A DNA stretch of 64,000 nucleotides from Octopus vulgaris (taxonomy: Eukaryota). The DNA lies in NCBI GenBank assembly GCA_951406725.2, contig OX597837.1, positions 15,376,001 through 15,440,000 on the forward strand, given 5' to 3'. The position numbers were made by a program, and so were the translations under genes. The first letter of the stretch is position 1; each line of letters opens with the position of its first letter. The notes under the pieces were generated by a model. That model was given only the letters and a program-made list of their open reading frames with translations. It was not told the DNA's origin and ran no database searches. Of the stretch, positions 36,445-48,345 are shown in pieces.

Positions 36445-37250
36445 TATCCCATAAATAATGCGGTTTTTTATACTTTTATTTTTCAAAATTAAGATAACCA
36501 AAGTTCTTTTTTATTCTATAATATACTCTCCTTCATCTTCTACAATGCTCTTCCATCCATCTGATAAATTCGCAAGACCCCTCTTCCAAAATTCATTTAT
36601 CCGTGACGGAAAATACTCTTCCAGACCTCGTTTACAGGATTCATACTTTTTCCATCCAAATGATTTTGAAGACTGCAGAATAAAGGATAATCAGATGGGG
36701 CAATGTCTGGTGAATGTGATGGGTAGGGCATCATTTCCCATTCAAACTGCTCCGGCCTTTGGAATGTCATCTTCGCTGTGTGGCCGAGCATTATCCTGGT
36801 GGAAGAACACCTTTCATCTTGAAACCAAAGATGATCATTTTTCTTCTAGCACTGGCGTCGATGAATGGTTGAACGACCAAATCCAAGCTTCTCTGCTAGT
36901 TCCTCAACAATTTGGATGGGATTTTGTTCCACCAGTGTGTGCAGGACGTCCTCGTCGAGCTCTACAGATCTTCAGGGCAAGGCTCGTCTTCTAGGCTGTA
37001 GTTTCCAGCACCGCTGACACTGGCCTACGCCTATTGTCCGATCCCCATTTACTGCATTAATATTCCTCGCACTTTCCGTTGCGTTGTTGCCTTTATTAAA
37101 CGCAGAAAGCAAAATATGCCGAATATGTTCCTTTGCTACTTCCATTATAGCTTTGAAAAAATAATTGTTAAAATCGAACTGCACTCTTCAAAACTTGCAC
37201 TAAGAATAAGTACAAGGTAAAATTACTACCTGCTTTTACAGCATTCTGAA
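36440..37250 (-). mobile_element. Internally deleted mariner transposon
   Basis: MEVAKEHIRHILLSAFNKGNNATESARNINAVNG (HTH_48-like N-terminus) and PYPSHSPDIAPSDYPLFCSLQNHLDGK (YSPDLAPSD motif). Confidence 0.85.
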
Positions 37251-38084
37251 ATTGCGTTTGCTACGTCGTCTGGCGAGAGCGAACCTGAAGGGTTTGGGCC
37301 TTCAACATTCCAGCAACTGTTGGTATTGTTGCTGTTGTTGTTGTAATTGCTGCTGTAACTGTTGTTGCTGTTGCAACTGCACCACGGAGGCTAATAAGTT
37401 CTCCTTGTTAATTAATTATTTTAAAATTTTTTATCAAAAGAAAATGTTAACGTCGGACGCAAGCTTCGAATGAACTGGTCGCCACTTTTATGAATGGATC
37501 TCCTCGCCGTTACTTTTTATATTCCTCTATACGGTGGATAAAACGATTTCACGAAACGGAAGATAGACGCAACTGTTTTCACACGATGTACTTCAAAATA
37601 CTCCTCTAAACACGATACTCCAATAAATACAACTCTCAATTATCTCAGCGATTTCCTACAACTCCCACGAACTCTCAACGACTCCCACGATCTCTTTTGA
37701 CTCAACTAATACGCTACTTTTTATAATCGTTTGACTTGCCCCATTCTTCCAATCCCACAGGAGTGTCAATCACTCTCGTCACAACTGTTTACTACGGTTG
37801 TTTCGACCCATCATGCACCAGTGCCTTTCCGGGTCATTTGCAGTCCAAACAATTGTGGTGCGTCATAGGTGCAGGTGTGTCTCATCAGGTGACAAAAGTT
37901 ACTTTGTTTTATCATTTCCGTTTCGCTTATTTCTCTAAGAATACCTTTTACCATTAGTAATCCGCTTCTCGTCTACACGAGAAACTGGGTTATAATATAG
38001 ACTTCTTCTCATATATGCAATAAAATGCCTTACAAAGAATAAAGAAGGTGAATCATGTTGGTATATATATATATGTATATATAT

Positions 38085-38485
38085 GTATCAAATGAAATAA
38101 AGATCAGAACACAAAGGATGTCGCGGTACACATGTTTCGAGCTTTATAAAAGAATTTATTCTTACATCAATGTATAATCGACATAACAGATAGTTTAAAA
38201 GCCCTCTTCAGCCGCATGCAATTGCTACACCAAAGACTTGCATCACATTATGAAAGGTCTGAAAAAGAACATTTGGTATTGTTTATAATGGTAGGTAAAT
38301 TGAGTATCACTGAGAAAGTATGTTTGTAAATCTTCATAATCAAATAGGGGTACAGGGTATTATTGGACTCCACAAATCCGTCCATACTGTTTTCTCACTC
38401 AATATAGAGTGAATGTTGGGTAGATTCCTATGCCACTAGCTGGCATATACAGGTGCTTATACTTATCAAGTATTCACCCTGAATT

Positions 38486-38487
<2 letters not shown>
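38085..38487 (-). mobile_element. Non-autonomous hammerhead-bearing element between (TA)n tracts (Penelope-like 3' end)
   Basis: Homologous to 54461-54968; hammerhead at 38123-38215. Confidence 0.6.
38123..38215 (-). ncRNA. Type I hammerhead ribozyme motif
   Basis: GCGG-CTGAAGA-GGGCTTT...AAAGCTC-GAAA-CATGTG-TA-CCGC; stem I GCGG/CCGC, 7-bp stem II, GUA cleavage triplet. Confidence 0.7.
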
Positions 38488-38525
<38 letters not shown>

Positions 38526-38795
38526 CACACACATACATATAACTCTGTCGGCGTTCTGATTTGTTTGCACCAAAAGCAGAACCGTTTGGCTCAAAACAAA
38601 TCAGAACGCCGCCACAGTTCAACGTAACATGTTTCGAATTCTCTCCTCTCGGTAAGTCGTGCTGAAGATATTTGAGGCCCGTGAGCCAAAGATTAAAATC
38701 ATGGTACACGAATATCCGAATGGCACTATCTTTAATGATATGGTTTTAATTCCTTAACCGTTCGTCCGCTTACTATTGTTCTCTGTAATATTTCC

Positions 38796-38838
<43 letters not shown>

Positions 38839-38867
38839 ATTATTACCGTTAGTAAAATTAATAATAA

Positions 38868-39748
38868 TAATCTACGAAAATATATGTCAACACAACGCTA
38901 TCAAGGTAATCCAAATTGGTGAAATTCCAATTGAACATCTGAAAAAATTTCAACAGTTAATAAACGCTGACAAAAAAGAAACGCTTAAATCAAATTCAAC
39001 TTCAGACATTTTGTTTCAACCAGTAGTGACGTCATTAAATTACTAATTTATTTTATAATAAAAATAAAAATAAAAATGATTATAAATAATTACAAATACC
39101 CAACTGAATAAACTTACCATTAATGCCAGTGAACCAATCTTTAATTATCCAGCGAAGTCATTCATAATTGTATATATTATTTCAATTATTATATAATAAG
39201 GTTAATTCCTATATTAAATAAATAAGCAATTAATTATTGTGACGTAAAGTATCTAAGATTCTATTAGGCAAACGTAGAATTTTTGTCTGTAGTTTTTATT
39301 CTTTCGTCATTCAGTGACGTCATCGATAATTGTATATAAAAATACTAATTTTTTTTGTGGTACTATTTTAGATTACTTATCTATCTAGGTTCCAAATTGT
39401 CAAAAAATATAGAATTAGTATGGTATTTTTTTATTTTTTATTTGGATTTCATCATTTGTAACTTCACTGTGAAGTTTCCAATAATTGAATTTTTTTTTCT
39501 CAAATACGTTTATTTTTTTTATTTTGGGGTTTATTTTTATATTTATTTTTATTTTTATTATAAAATAAATTAGTAATTCAATGACGTCGCTGTTGGTTGA
39601 AAGAAAGTGTCTGAAGTTGAATTTGATTTAAGTTTTTCTTTTTGTTCGAGTTTATATTAACTGCTAAAAATTTTTCAGATGTTCGGTTGGAATTTCGCCA
39701 ATTTGGATTACCTTGATAACGTTGTGTTGACATATATTTTCGTAGATT
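38868..39748. mobile_element. Element with about 200-bp inverted arms (fold-back or long-TIR MITE-like)
   Basis: 38868-39076 is the diverged reverse complement of 39541-39748; abuts the Tigger remnant and a (TA)n tract. Confidence 0.7.
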
Positions 39749-40330
39749 GGATAATCCAAGAGTGATTGGATTATCTCCAGTTATAACTTGAATTACCTGG
39801 GCGAAAGTTCGTTGCACATAATATGCTTTGAATGTAGAAATCACTCCTTGGTCCATCGGCTGTAGTAAAGAAGTCGTATTTGATGATAGAAATATAACCT
39901 TCACATTGCTATTTAAATCATTAAATGAGGTGGGATGCCCAGGGACCTAAAATCAAAAGAATTTTGAAATCTAAATTATTATTATTTTTTTTTTGCAATA
40001 TTTTGCAAATGTGGAACAAAAATGCATATTGAACCATTCTTCAAACAACTGGTTTGTCACCCAAGCCCTTTTATTCGGTTTCCAAATTACTGAAAGCGAT
40101 TGCTTGTTAATGCCTTTTAATGTTCTTGGGTTCATTGTACGATTAATTAGCAACGGTTTTAATTTGCATTCAACTTTGGCATTACCTCCAAGAAGAAGTG
40201 TTAATCTATCCTTAGCTGCTTTAGAACCTGGTGTCGTCGCCTCTTTTCTTGTCAGAAAAGTTCTTGCTGACATTTTTTTCCAGAATAGGCCAGTTTCGTC
40301 GACATTGAGGATTTCACGATAATCCTACTA
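39749..40330 (-). mobile_element. Tigger/pogo DDE_1 transposase remnant
   Basis: NVDETGLFWKKMSARTF...KAAKDRLTLLLGGNA...NKRAWVT and FLSSNTTSLLQPMDQGVISTFKAYY. Confidence 0.9.
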
Positions 40331-40679
40331 CTTTTCTTCCATTATATATGTGCACTAATAGCCAACCGTACTTAAAGAATAAAATATGACACAAATAAAT
40401 AAAATTCTTTCAAAAGACACCTATTATTTTTTTTATTTAAAAACTGATCAAAATTTACTTTGGTTTGTATATTTTATTTTTATTACAGCGAGACAAAAGA
40501 TACTAAAAAAAAACAATCAAAGAAGCAGTAAAAAAACCTCGAAATTCGTGGACTGCTGTTTTAGCTTAGAAAAACGCCAATGACCGAAGATTAGAGTCAC
40601 GCTTGAAACTCAAAGTACCAAGAAGTTTGAATCAAACTGTCCCCCCCCTATATATATATATATATATATGCATATATAT

Positions 40680-40734
<55 letters not shown>

Positions 40735-40905
40735 CATATATAGATATACATACAATATATAATCATACGCATATGTATAATATATATATATATAATTAAT
40801 TAATAAGGGTGAGAGAATTAGATACTAATTTAATAGTATCCCGATTCAACACCAAGTGGCCCAGTGCACAGAGAAACCTGGATTATTATAATATTTTATA
40901 TTATA

Positions 40906-41405
40906 CTAGCAGTATCGCCCGGCGTTGCTCGGGTTTGTAAGGGAAATAACTATATAAGCATTTTTAGAGAGTTACTTCCCTTATAAATTCGGGCTTTCTT
41001 AGCCATTTTTATTTTGGTGTCTTCAAGCCATGAAGTCGTTGTTCTAAAAGAACGCTGGTTTCCTTCACAACGCATTACGACGTTGATTTCTTTACACTCC
41101 CTTCCCCACAGCTTCATGAGGGAGGGAAGGGGGAGAAGCAAACAGGTGCAGCTGTGAGCGTGGACGCCAACTCCGCCGCCATCGACATACGATGCATTTT
41201 ATGCATTAAAATGGAATAAAAAATGATGTTAAATTATTTTTAAAATCGTAGACTCATCGCGCGCTAATAGTCAGACGGGCTCGATATGAATCACGACTAT
41301 AAGATACCCGAATTTGGTTAAACTGCACCGCAAAATGTGGGAGTAGTTAGGAATCTAAATCGAAGGGGACAGACACTCACACAACTAGAGTTTTATATAT
41401 ATAGA
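40906..41405 (-). mobile_element. Non-autonomous Helitron, copy 3
   Basis: Reverse-complement copy with A|TC...CTAG|T termini. Confidence 0.85.
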
Positions 41406-41699
41406 TATATATACATACACATACATATGCTCACACTCTCACACACACATACATAAGTAAATACATTCAAAATTTCTGTAAGTGACAGATAAGTAATAGA
41501 TTAAATAGCTTTACGGCACGAAACACTTCCATTTACTTTTGATGTTCCATTTACCATCGATGTTGCTGCTATATGTATAGATGCATGTATAAACATATAC
41601 ATACATAACCGCGCGCGCGCACATACACAACACACACGAAATGTGTGTGTGAGCAATGATGATGGATTGCAGAAATGTTGAATCCTATAACCGATGTGA

Positions 41700-42450
41700 G
41701 TGGTGTAAGTTGCTGCATCAATTCACTTTACCTGTTTTACTGACCAATTACCTGATAAATCCTCAACAGTCTGTCAAAGAAAATGCGCCAAAGACAAAAT
41801 CGTTAATGACATTCCGATATCTTGCTTATCCTAAAATGTTTCAGATGTTTACAACAACAGGGAACTCAAATGCGTTCAGCATCCGCTGGGCCGGCTGTGT
41901 TTCGACTGTTTACTCAGCAACTGATAGAAACGACTTCTTAATGTGTCTACCAAGACCCTGAATAGTTAGTTGCCTGCTGACGTCATCAGTCCCTGAGAAG
42001 ATCCCCTGTTGTTGTTTACAATTACTTTCAAGTCTGAACCCAGTGGTTTCAGGTGCTATGCCCAGGTAGGGAGTTGATTTGTGGGACTCTGCCAATTTCT
42101 TGCTACACGTCAGATTCCCAGTGGATAACCAGCCGGGTAGATGACTGTACATATATATCCTCTTCGAGGATATATATATATATAGTCTCGACCGAGGTGT
42201 CTCATTGTTAGCAGTACATAAAAATTTGCTGCAGACACCTCCAGAGGAACACCATCCTTAATTTTCAGTTGATTCATGCCTTTAATAGCATTCGGTATTA
42301 TTTCGTTGTGACTTTCTGGCTGCTTATAATTTGGCGAATGGTAGGATTTGATAGAATGAAAGCCATCCTCTCGACTGAAATAGGGTGCACTTGTCACAAT
42401 GACTGAGCGGTGACTCAGAGCGGATGCATTGAAGGGTGCTATCAGCACAG
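41700..42450 (-). mobile_element. Highly degenerate non-LTR retrotransposon RT fragment (R4/Dong-like)
   Basis: LPGWLSTG...YLGIAP, QQQG..GTDDVSRQLTI and HIKKSFLSV resemble RT motifs PxWLTTG/YRPI, QKG..G..DQLLI and DYKKAFDSV in the correct order. Confidence 0.45.
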
Positions 42451-42504
42451 ACTTAAAGCGAATGCTTTGAAAGGTGCGGTCGGCGGCGACACGAAGTGAA
42501 CGTA

Positions 42505-42595
42505 TTCAAACGTGCAGCCAGCGGCGATTCAAAGTGAATGCATTCAAGCGTGCAGCCAGCGGCGATTCAAAGTGAATGCATTCAAACGTGCTGCA
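42505..42595. repeat. About 35-bp tandem duplication
   Basis: CGTGCAGCCAGCGGCGATTCAAAGTGAATGCATTCAA present twice. Confidence 0.85.
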
Positions 42596-43262
42596 GTTGT
42601 AAAACCACTGTCGTAAACAACGAATGTCAGACCACAACGCAATACTTTTTTTTCAACGGAAATAGAAACGAAAATCTGGCAATTATATCCAGAACTGTTA
42701 ATAGACAATGGTTTGTAGTTGATTGAGCCGAAACCTTTTGTTTAATCATACTAATGCCAAAAACGCTTGAAATCTGAGGAATATTTAATAACGTGTCCTC
42801 TTGTTTCAAGTTTTTAAAAAAAACCTTGGTTTACATTTTCTACGAACGATTTGAAGAACTACCGAACAATTTGAAATGCTACTTCTATAAGCGAATATGG
42901 TAAAAATTATGCCGTTATACACGATATTACTTACATATCTTCCTACACTGGTTTCCTTGGCGTATAAGTAACCGAGATCACAGCATTCTTTCTGAATGGG
43001 ACGCCAGGTCCGTTACAGGGTCCAAGACCAGCAATTTTGAGAGAAAGGGAAAGTTGGTTACATCGACCCCAGTATTTGACCTGTACTTTATTTTAGCGAC
43101 CTCTAACAGATGAAATGCAAAGTTGAACTTGAAACGTAAAGAACCGGAAAAAATACTGCTAAGCATTTTGTCCGATACGCTAATGATTCTGCCAGATCGC
43201 CACCTTTTTTCAGGACTACACGCTTTTATTTTTTTAAATTAGGGTTACTTGATAATTTAGAG

Positions 43263-43977
43263 CAGTGATTCTCAACCGGAGTCCATACAAGATTTTGCTG
43301 GGGTCCACATAAAACCTCCTTGGGGTCTACATAAGATTTTGCTGTTTAGGGCGGCGAGCTGGCAGAATCGTTAGCACGCCGGGCGAAATGCTTAGCGGTA
43401 TTTCGTCTGTCTTTATATTCTGAGTTCAGATTCCGCAGAGGTCGATTTTACCTTTATCCTTTCGGGGTCGATAAATTAAGTACTAGTTACGCACTGGGGT
43501 CGATTTTACCTTTATCCTTTCGGGGTCGATAAATTAAGTACTAGTTACGCACTGGGGTCGATGTAATCGATTTAATCCGTTTGTCTGTTCTTAATTGTCC
43601 TCTCTGTGTATAACCCCTTGTGCGTAGTAAAGAAATAGGTATTTCGTCTGCAGCTACGTACTGAGTTCAAATTCCGCCGAGGTCGACTTTGCCTTTCATC
43701 CTTTCAGGGTCGATTAAATAAGTACCAGTTACGCACTGGGGTCGATGTAATCTACTTAAACCCTTTGTTTGTCCCCTCTATGTTTATCCCCATGTGGGCA
43801 ATAAAGAAATATACATACGATTTTGCTGTTAAAATCTACGATTTACAAAATATTTGAACATTTTTTTGAAATATAATGCCTAATAATATTGAATGGTTTT
43901 GAGGGTCCAGTAGAGTAAGATATGAATCGAAGAAGGGTCCATAGGTAAAAAAAAAAAGGGGGGGTTGAGAACCCCTG
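43263..43977. mobile_element. hAT (Charlie-like) MITE with nested SINE (43348-43810)
   Basis: TIRs CAGTGATTCTCAACC / GGTTGAGAACCCCTG; degenerate 8-bp TSD ATTTAGAG/CTTTGGAA. Confidence 0.7.
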
Positions 43978-45866
43978 CTTTGGAAGGACCACGATCTGCT
44001 ATTTTACTATTCTATTTGGAAATTTATATCAATATTTTTGGCTCTTCAGTAAAGTTTATAAGAATAAATAAAAGTGGTTTTGTCATATTCATGTCGTATG
44101 AATGTGCAACCTTGCAGTTGCCATAATTACTACACAACTTAATGACTTGTACATTAATTGACCAATGTCGTTCGTAAAATTAATGCATAAATCAGGAAGA
44201 GTGAGTAAAGTGGAATTTTACCAACTTCTACTTTCCATTGAAATTTATTGCATTCGTAATCATTTATTACTGATTACATTGTAAAACAGCTTCTGTGGCG
44301 CTACCAATTATATTCCATATTCAGCAGAAATTGTTCGAGCAATCATTACACGAGTGCATCAATATTTTAAAATATTTTCTCCATAAATTCAATACAAAGA
44401 TTCAGTAGTATTTAAAGTTAATTTGAACCTCAAAATATTTTGGAAATTATAACATCTCAATGCATCGTAATGGCATTCACGTGTGATAGAAAATTATTGA
44501 ATCCACGAAGGAAACTTTTTGTTGACAAACACTTTTAGTGTTTGGCTACCGTTTATCTCTGAGTAAAAGATACAATAATGTTGATGTAATAGGTGTTTAT
44601 TAAAAAATTTACTCTAGCGCTTCTATGCTATTTTAAAGATAGCAGGTTGACCAGTTTTTAAAAGTGTATCTCTCTTTATTAAGACGGAATTGTAGGATGT
44701 TTGGCTACTGTTTTTAGCATGTTGAGCGAACATTTAAACTTTCCAAGATGTAATAAAATGAAGAGATATCTGAACAAACCAAAGATTTTCATAATAAATG
44801 TCAATTATTCCAAAACGATACTCATTTTATACAATTAGCAGAATGCGATTAACGGCGGCTTTAAAAGTCTTCGTTAACAAATTCTCAATTTTTAAATGAA
44901 GCGAGAGAGTGAAACTCGAACCCGTCACCACTCTGTCGGCTGACCGACTTCACTCTGAGAATCCATATTGATTTCACGTTTTGGCACAAAGCCAGCAGTT
45001 TCGGGGGAGGAGATAGGTCAGTTATATCTACCCCAGTGTTCAACTGGTACTTATTTTGTCGACCTCGAAAGGATGAAAAGCAAAGCTAACCTCGGCGCCA
45101 TTTGAACTTAGAACGTAACGACGGACGAAATGCCGTTAGGTATTTTGTTCGGCCTGCGAACGATTCTGCCAGCTTTCTGCCTGACTCTGAGAATTAATAT
45201 TAAAATTGCTTTTTCAATGGCAGCAGAATAAATTTCAAATGTTTGTGGTGCTAATAATTCTCTCTAAATGTTAATGAATTCAAGGAATCCAAAATTGATT
45301 GCCGTAAAATGCATTCGATGGACTCTCTCCATTTAGCAGGTTCTTATGTTGCTGGAAAATTAGCTTCTGACATGGAATATCCATTAAGAAATACTTCCAC
45401 CTGGTTCTACAAGAGAAAGCTGGGAACAGAATCTTGTATGGACATACAGGAACTAATCAACGATGTTGAGGAACCATTGTTCATCCTTTCTACTATAGAC
45501 AGAAGGCCTGAAAATTGGGGGAGGTGACTAGTGTTTCACTGGTGCTTAATATATCGAACCCGAAAGGATGAAAGGCAAAGTCGATCTCGGCGGAATTTCG
45601 AGGAACCATTGATAATGATTCTACTTCCGGCCGGAAGATTGCCAGTCTACATCTGTTACTTGTTACAGTCATCATAAGACTGCGGTCATGCTGCAGCACC
45701 GCCTAGAAAGGTTGAATCGAACAAATTGACCAAAGTTAAACCAAAGTACTTATTTTTTAAAGTCTGCTAGTTATTATATTGGTCTCTTTTGCCGAACCGC
45801 TAACTCACTGGAACGTAAACAAAAAGACACCGTTTGTCAAGCGGGTGGGTAGAACACCTAGAGAGG

Positions 45867-45900
<34 letters not shown>

Positions 45901-46723
45901 AGACAGGTTTCCTTACATTTGCATCTACCACATTCAAGAATTTAAAAATTCATTATTTAAAAAGCATATAAAAAATAAAGAAAAGGCAAATCACCAAAGT
46001 GTTTAAGTCTTTAAATTTCCTGTACTCACGTATGAATCCTTATATGAATCCTCAAACATTTTTCGACATTGACTCAGTTACTCGCAAAGGGAAATTGCTT
46101 TGGGTCTGAGTTCTCTAACATTTTGACCAGTATAATTTCATCAGAAAGAATCTTCCACGGACAAAGAAACGATGTACAAAAATGGTGCCTAATATTTTAA
46201 AGACAGGCGAAAAAAGAATTTTCTTTACATTGATGAATCTAAAATTGGTGAAAAAGAAAACTCGCTTCACGCTGATATTTTTTTTTTTTTTTTTTTTAAG
46301 GCGGCGAGGAGCTGGCAGAGTGGTTAGCACGCCTGGCGAAATGCTTAGCAGTATTTCGTCTACCGCTATGTTCTGAGTTCAAATTCCGCCGAGGTCGACT
46401 TTGCCTTTCATCCTTTCGGGATCGATAAATTAAATTCCAGTTACGCACTGGGTTCGATATAATCGATTTAATCCGTTTGTCTGTCCTTGTTTGTCCTCTC
46501 CGTGTTTAGCATATATACATATAAGTACATATATATATATTTATATATATTTGAGTAGTAGAATGAATTATCTTGTTATGGATAATTCGGTTAACCGATA
46601 CCTGGGTAGCAAATTCACATCAGAGAAGACTCGTTTGAAGTTACGTGCTTTCGTGTGGAAATTTGTATGTTTTTAAAAAAAAATATATGAGAGAATGAAG
46701 TTGAACGACGAATTAACAAAATT

Positions 46724-46818
46724 CCTTTATTTTCGACATATGTTTCGAAGGCTGCATATTCCTAATTGCGAAGGAATAAGGAGTATATTATGCCGCTTTC
46801 TCATCAGGAAAAGCAAGG
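46724..46818 (-). ncRNA. Type I hammerhead ribozyme motif
   Basis: TTTTC-CTGATGA-GAAAGCGGCATA...TATGCAGCCTTC-GAAA-CATATG-TC-GAAAA; all core nucleotides present, GUC triplet, palindromic ACATATGT stem III. Confidence 0.78.
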
Positions 46819-46921
46819 AACTTATGTCAACATCAAGATGCACAAAAAACTTTTAGACTCATTATCGCTATGGGCTCCGTGTGAGCAGTCATCTAAAAGT
46901 TTTTTGTGCATCTTGATGTTG

Positions 46922-47010
46922 ATATCCTGATGAGAAAGCGGGATAATATACTCCTTATTCCTTCGCAATTAGGAATATGCAGCCTTCGAAACATATGTCG
47001 AAAATAAAGG
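46922..47010 (+). ncRNA. Hammerhead motif, second arm (stem I damaged by a deletion)
   Basis: CTGATGA...CTTC-GAAA-CATATG-TC core intact; 5' strand of stem I mostly lost. Confidence 0.55.
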
Positions 47011-47079
47011 AATTTTGTTAATTCGTCGTTCAACTCCATTCTCTCATATATATATATATATATGTATATACGCATAGAG

Positions 47080-47400
47080 GAATTTACCCTTATTGAGACC
47101 CCCTTCGGTCATGACTGACCGTGGAATTGCACCTAAAAAGTTACCCTCCCAGGCACAAGTCTGGGCAAGGTTGTTTATGGAAGACCAGCAGTCGCCCATG
47201 CATAACCGACCGCCTTTCTCCACGCCACCATTGTTACAGCTTGGCACCTGTGACGTCGCAACTTATTTCTACAGCTGAGTGAACTGGAGCAATGTGAAAT
47301 ATAGTGTCTTGCTCAAGAACACAACACGCAGCCCGGTCCCGGATTCGAACTCACAAGCTCACGATCGTAAGCTCGACGCTCTAACCACTGAGCCATGCGC
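47080..47400 (-). mobile_element. tRNA-derived SINE (related copy near 12844-13090, +)
   Basis: Head GCGCATGGCTCAGTGGTTAGAGCG...GAGTTCGAATCC with A and B boxes, then TGTGTTCTTGAGCAAGACACT body. Confidence 0.75.
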
Positions 47401-47457
47401 ATTCACATATAGATATACATATAAAGTTCCCTTATATGCATATGTATATATATGTAC

Positions 47458-47620
<163 letters not shown>

Positions 47621-48014
47621 TGTGTATACGTGTGTGCGCATGCGTGTGGGCAGGGACGTTTGGCAGCGGGTGTCCTTTAATAGTCAAATATTCAGCATAT
47701 CTCGTCTGCTTGCTTCCTTGATGAAGACACAACGCACCTCCTTAAGCTGTTGAATAATTTTATCTCCATACATTCGGATAATTTTAATCTTGTTTCGGAA
47801 AAAAAATATCTGCTGAGTTTGTTTGTTTGCGGAAGAGCCACCATTTTAATCATCATCAGCAGGTGTCTGGCATCGGAGGTGTTAAAAAGAAGCGATTTAT
47901 TCTTGGATGAACGTGAGAATCGCTTTCTTTATAACACCTTTTTCTTGGAAAATGACTTGGTTTCCAATTCCTTCACACTCCGACTTTCCATTTCCTGTAA
48001 GCGTCATACTTTTG

Positions 48015-48345
48015 TCATGTATGCATGTATGTATGTATGTATGTATGTATGTATGTATGTATGTATGTATGTATGTATGTATGTATGTATGTATGTATGA
48101 ATGTATGCATGCATGCATGTATGTTTGCATGTATGTATGTATGTATGTATGTATGTGTGCGTGTATGTATGTATGTATGTATGTATGTATGTGTGCGTGT
48201 ATGTATGTATGTATGTATGTGTGCGTGTATGTATGTATGTATGTATGTATGTATGTATGTATGTATGTATGTATGCATTTATGTATGTATGTATGCATGT
48301 ATTATGTATGTATGTATGTATGTATGTATGTATGTATGTATGTTA
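48015..48345. repeat. (TATG)n microsatellite
   Basis: Directly visible; source of the MYVC-repeat ORFs. Confidence 0.95.

Larger units (their letters stand above)
46683..47051. mobile_element. Fold-back element with a hammerhead in each arm
   Basis: 46683-46857 is nearly the exact reverse complement of 46892-47051; 34-bp spacer; right end runs into (TA)n. Confidence 0.8.

Noticed and set aside
38615-38765. GAAACATGTT hammerhead 3' half on minus strand
   Set aside because: No recognisable CUGANGA upstream.
44000-44900. Possible hAT transposase relic on minus strand
   Set aside because: Only faint motif resemblance; not supportable by eye.
47325-47400. tRNA gene
   Set aside because: A and B boxes are present but the acceptor stem does not pair and it continues into a SINE body.
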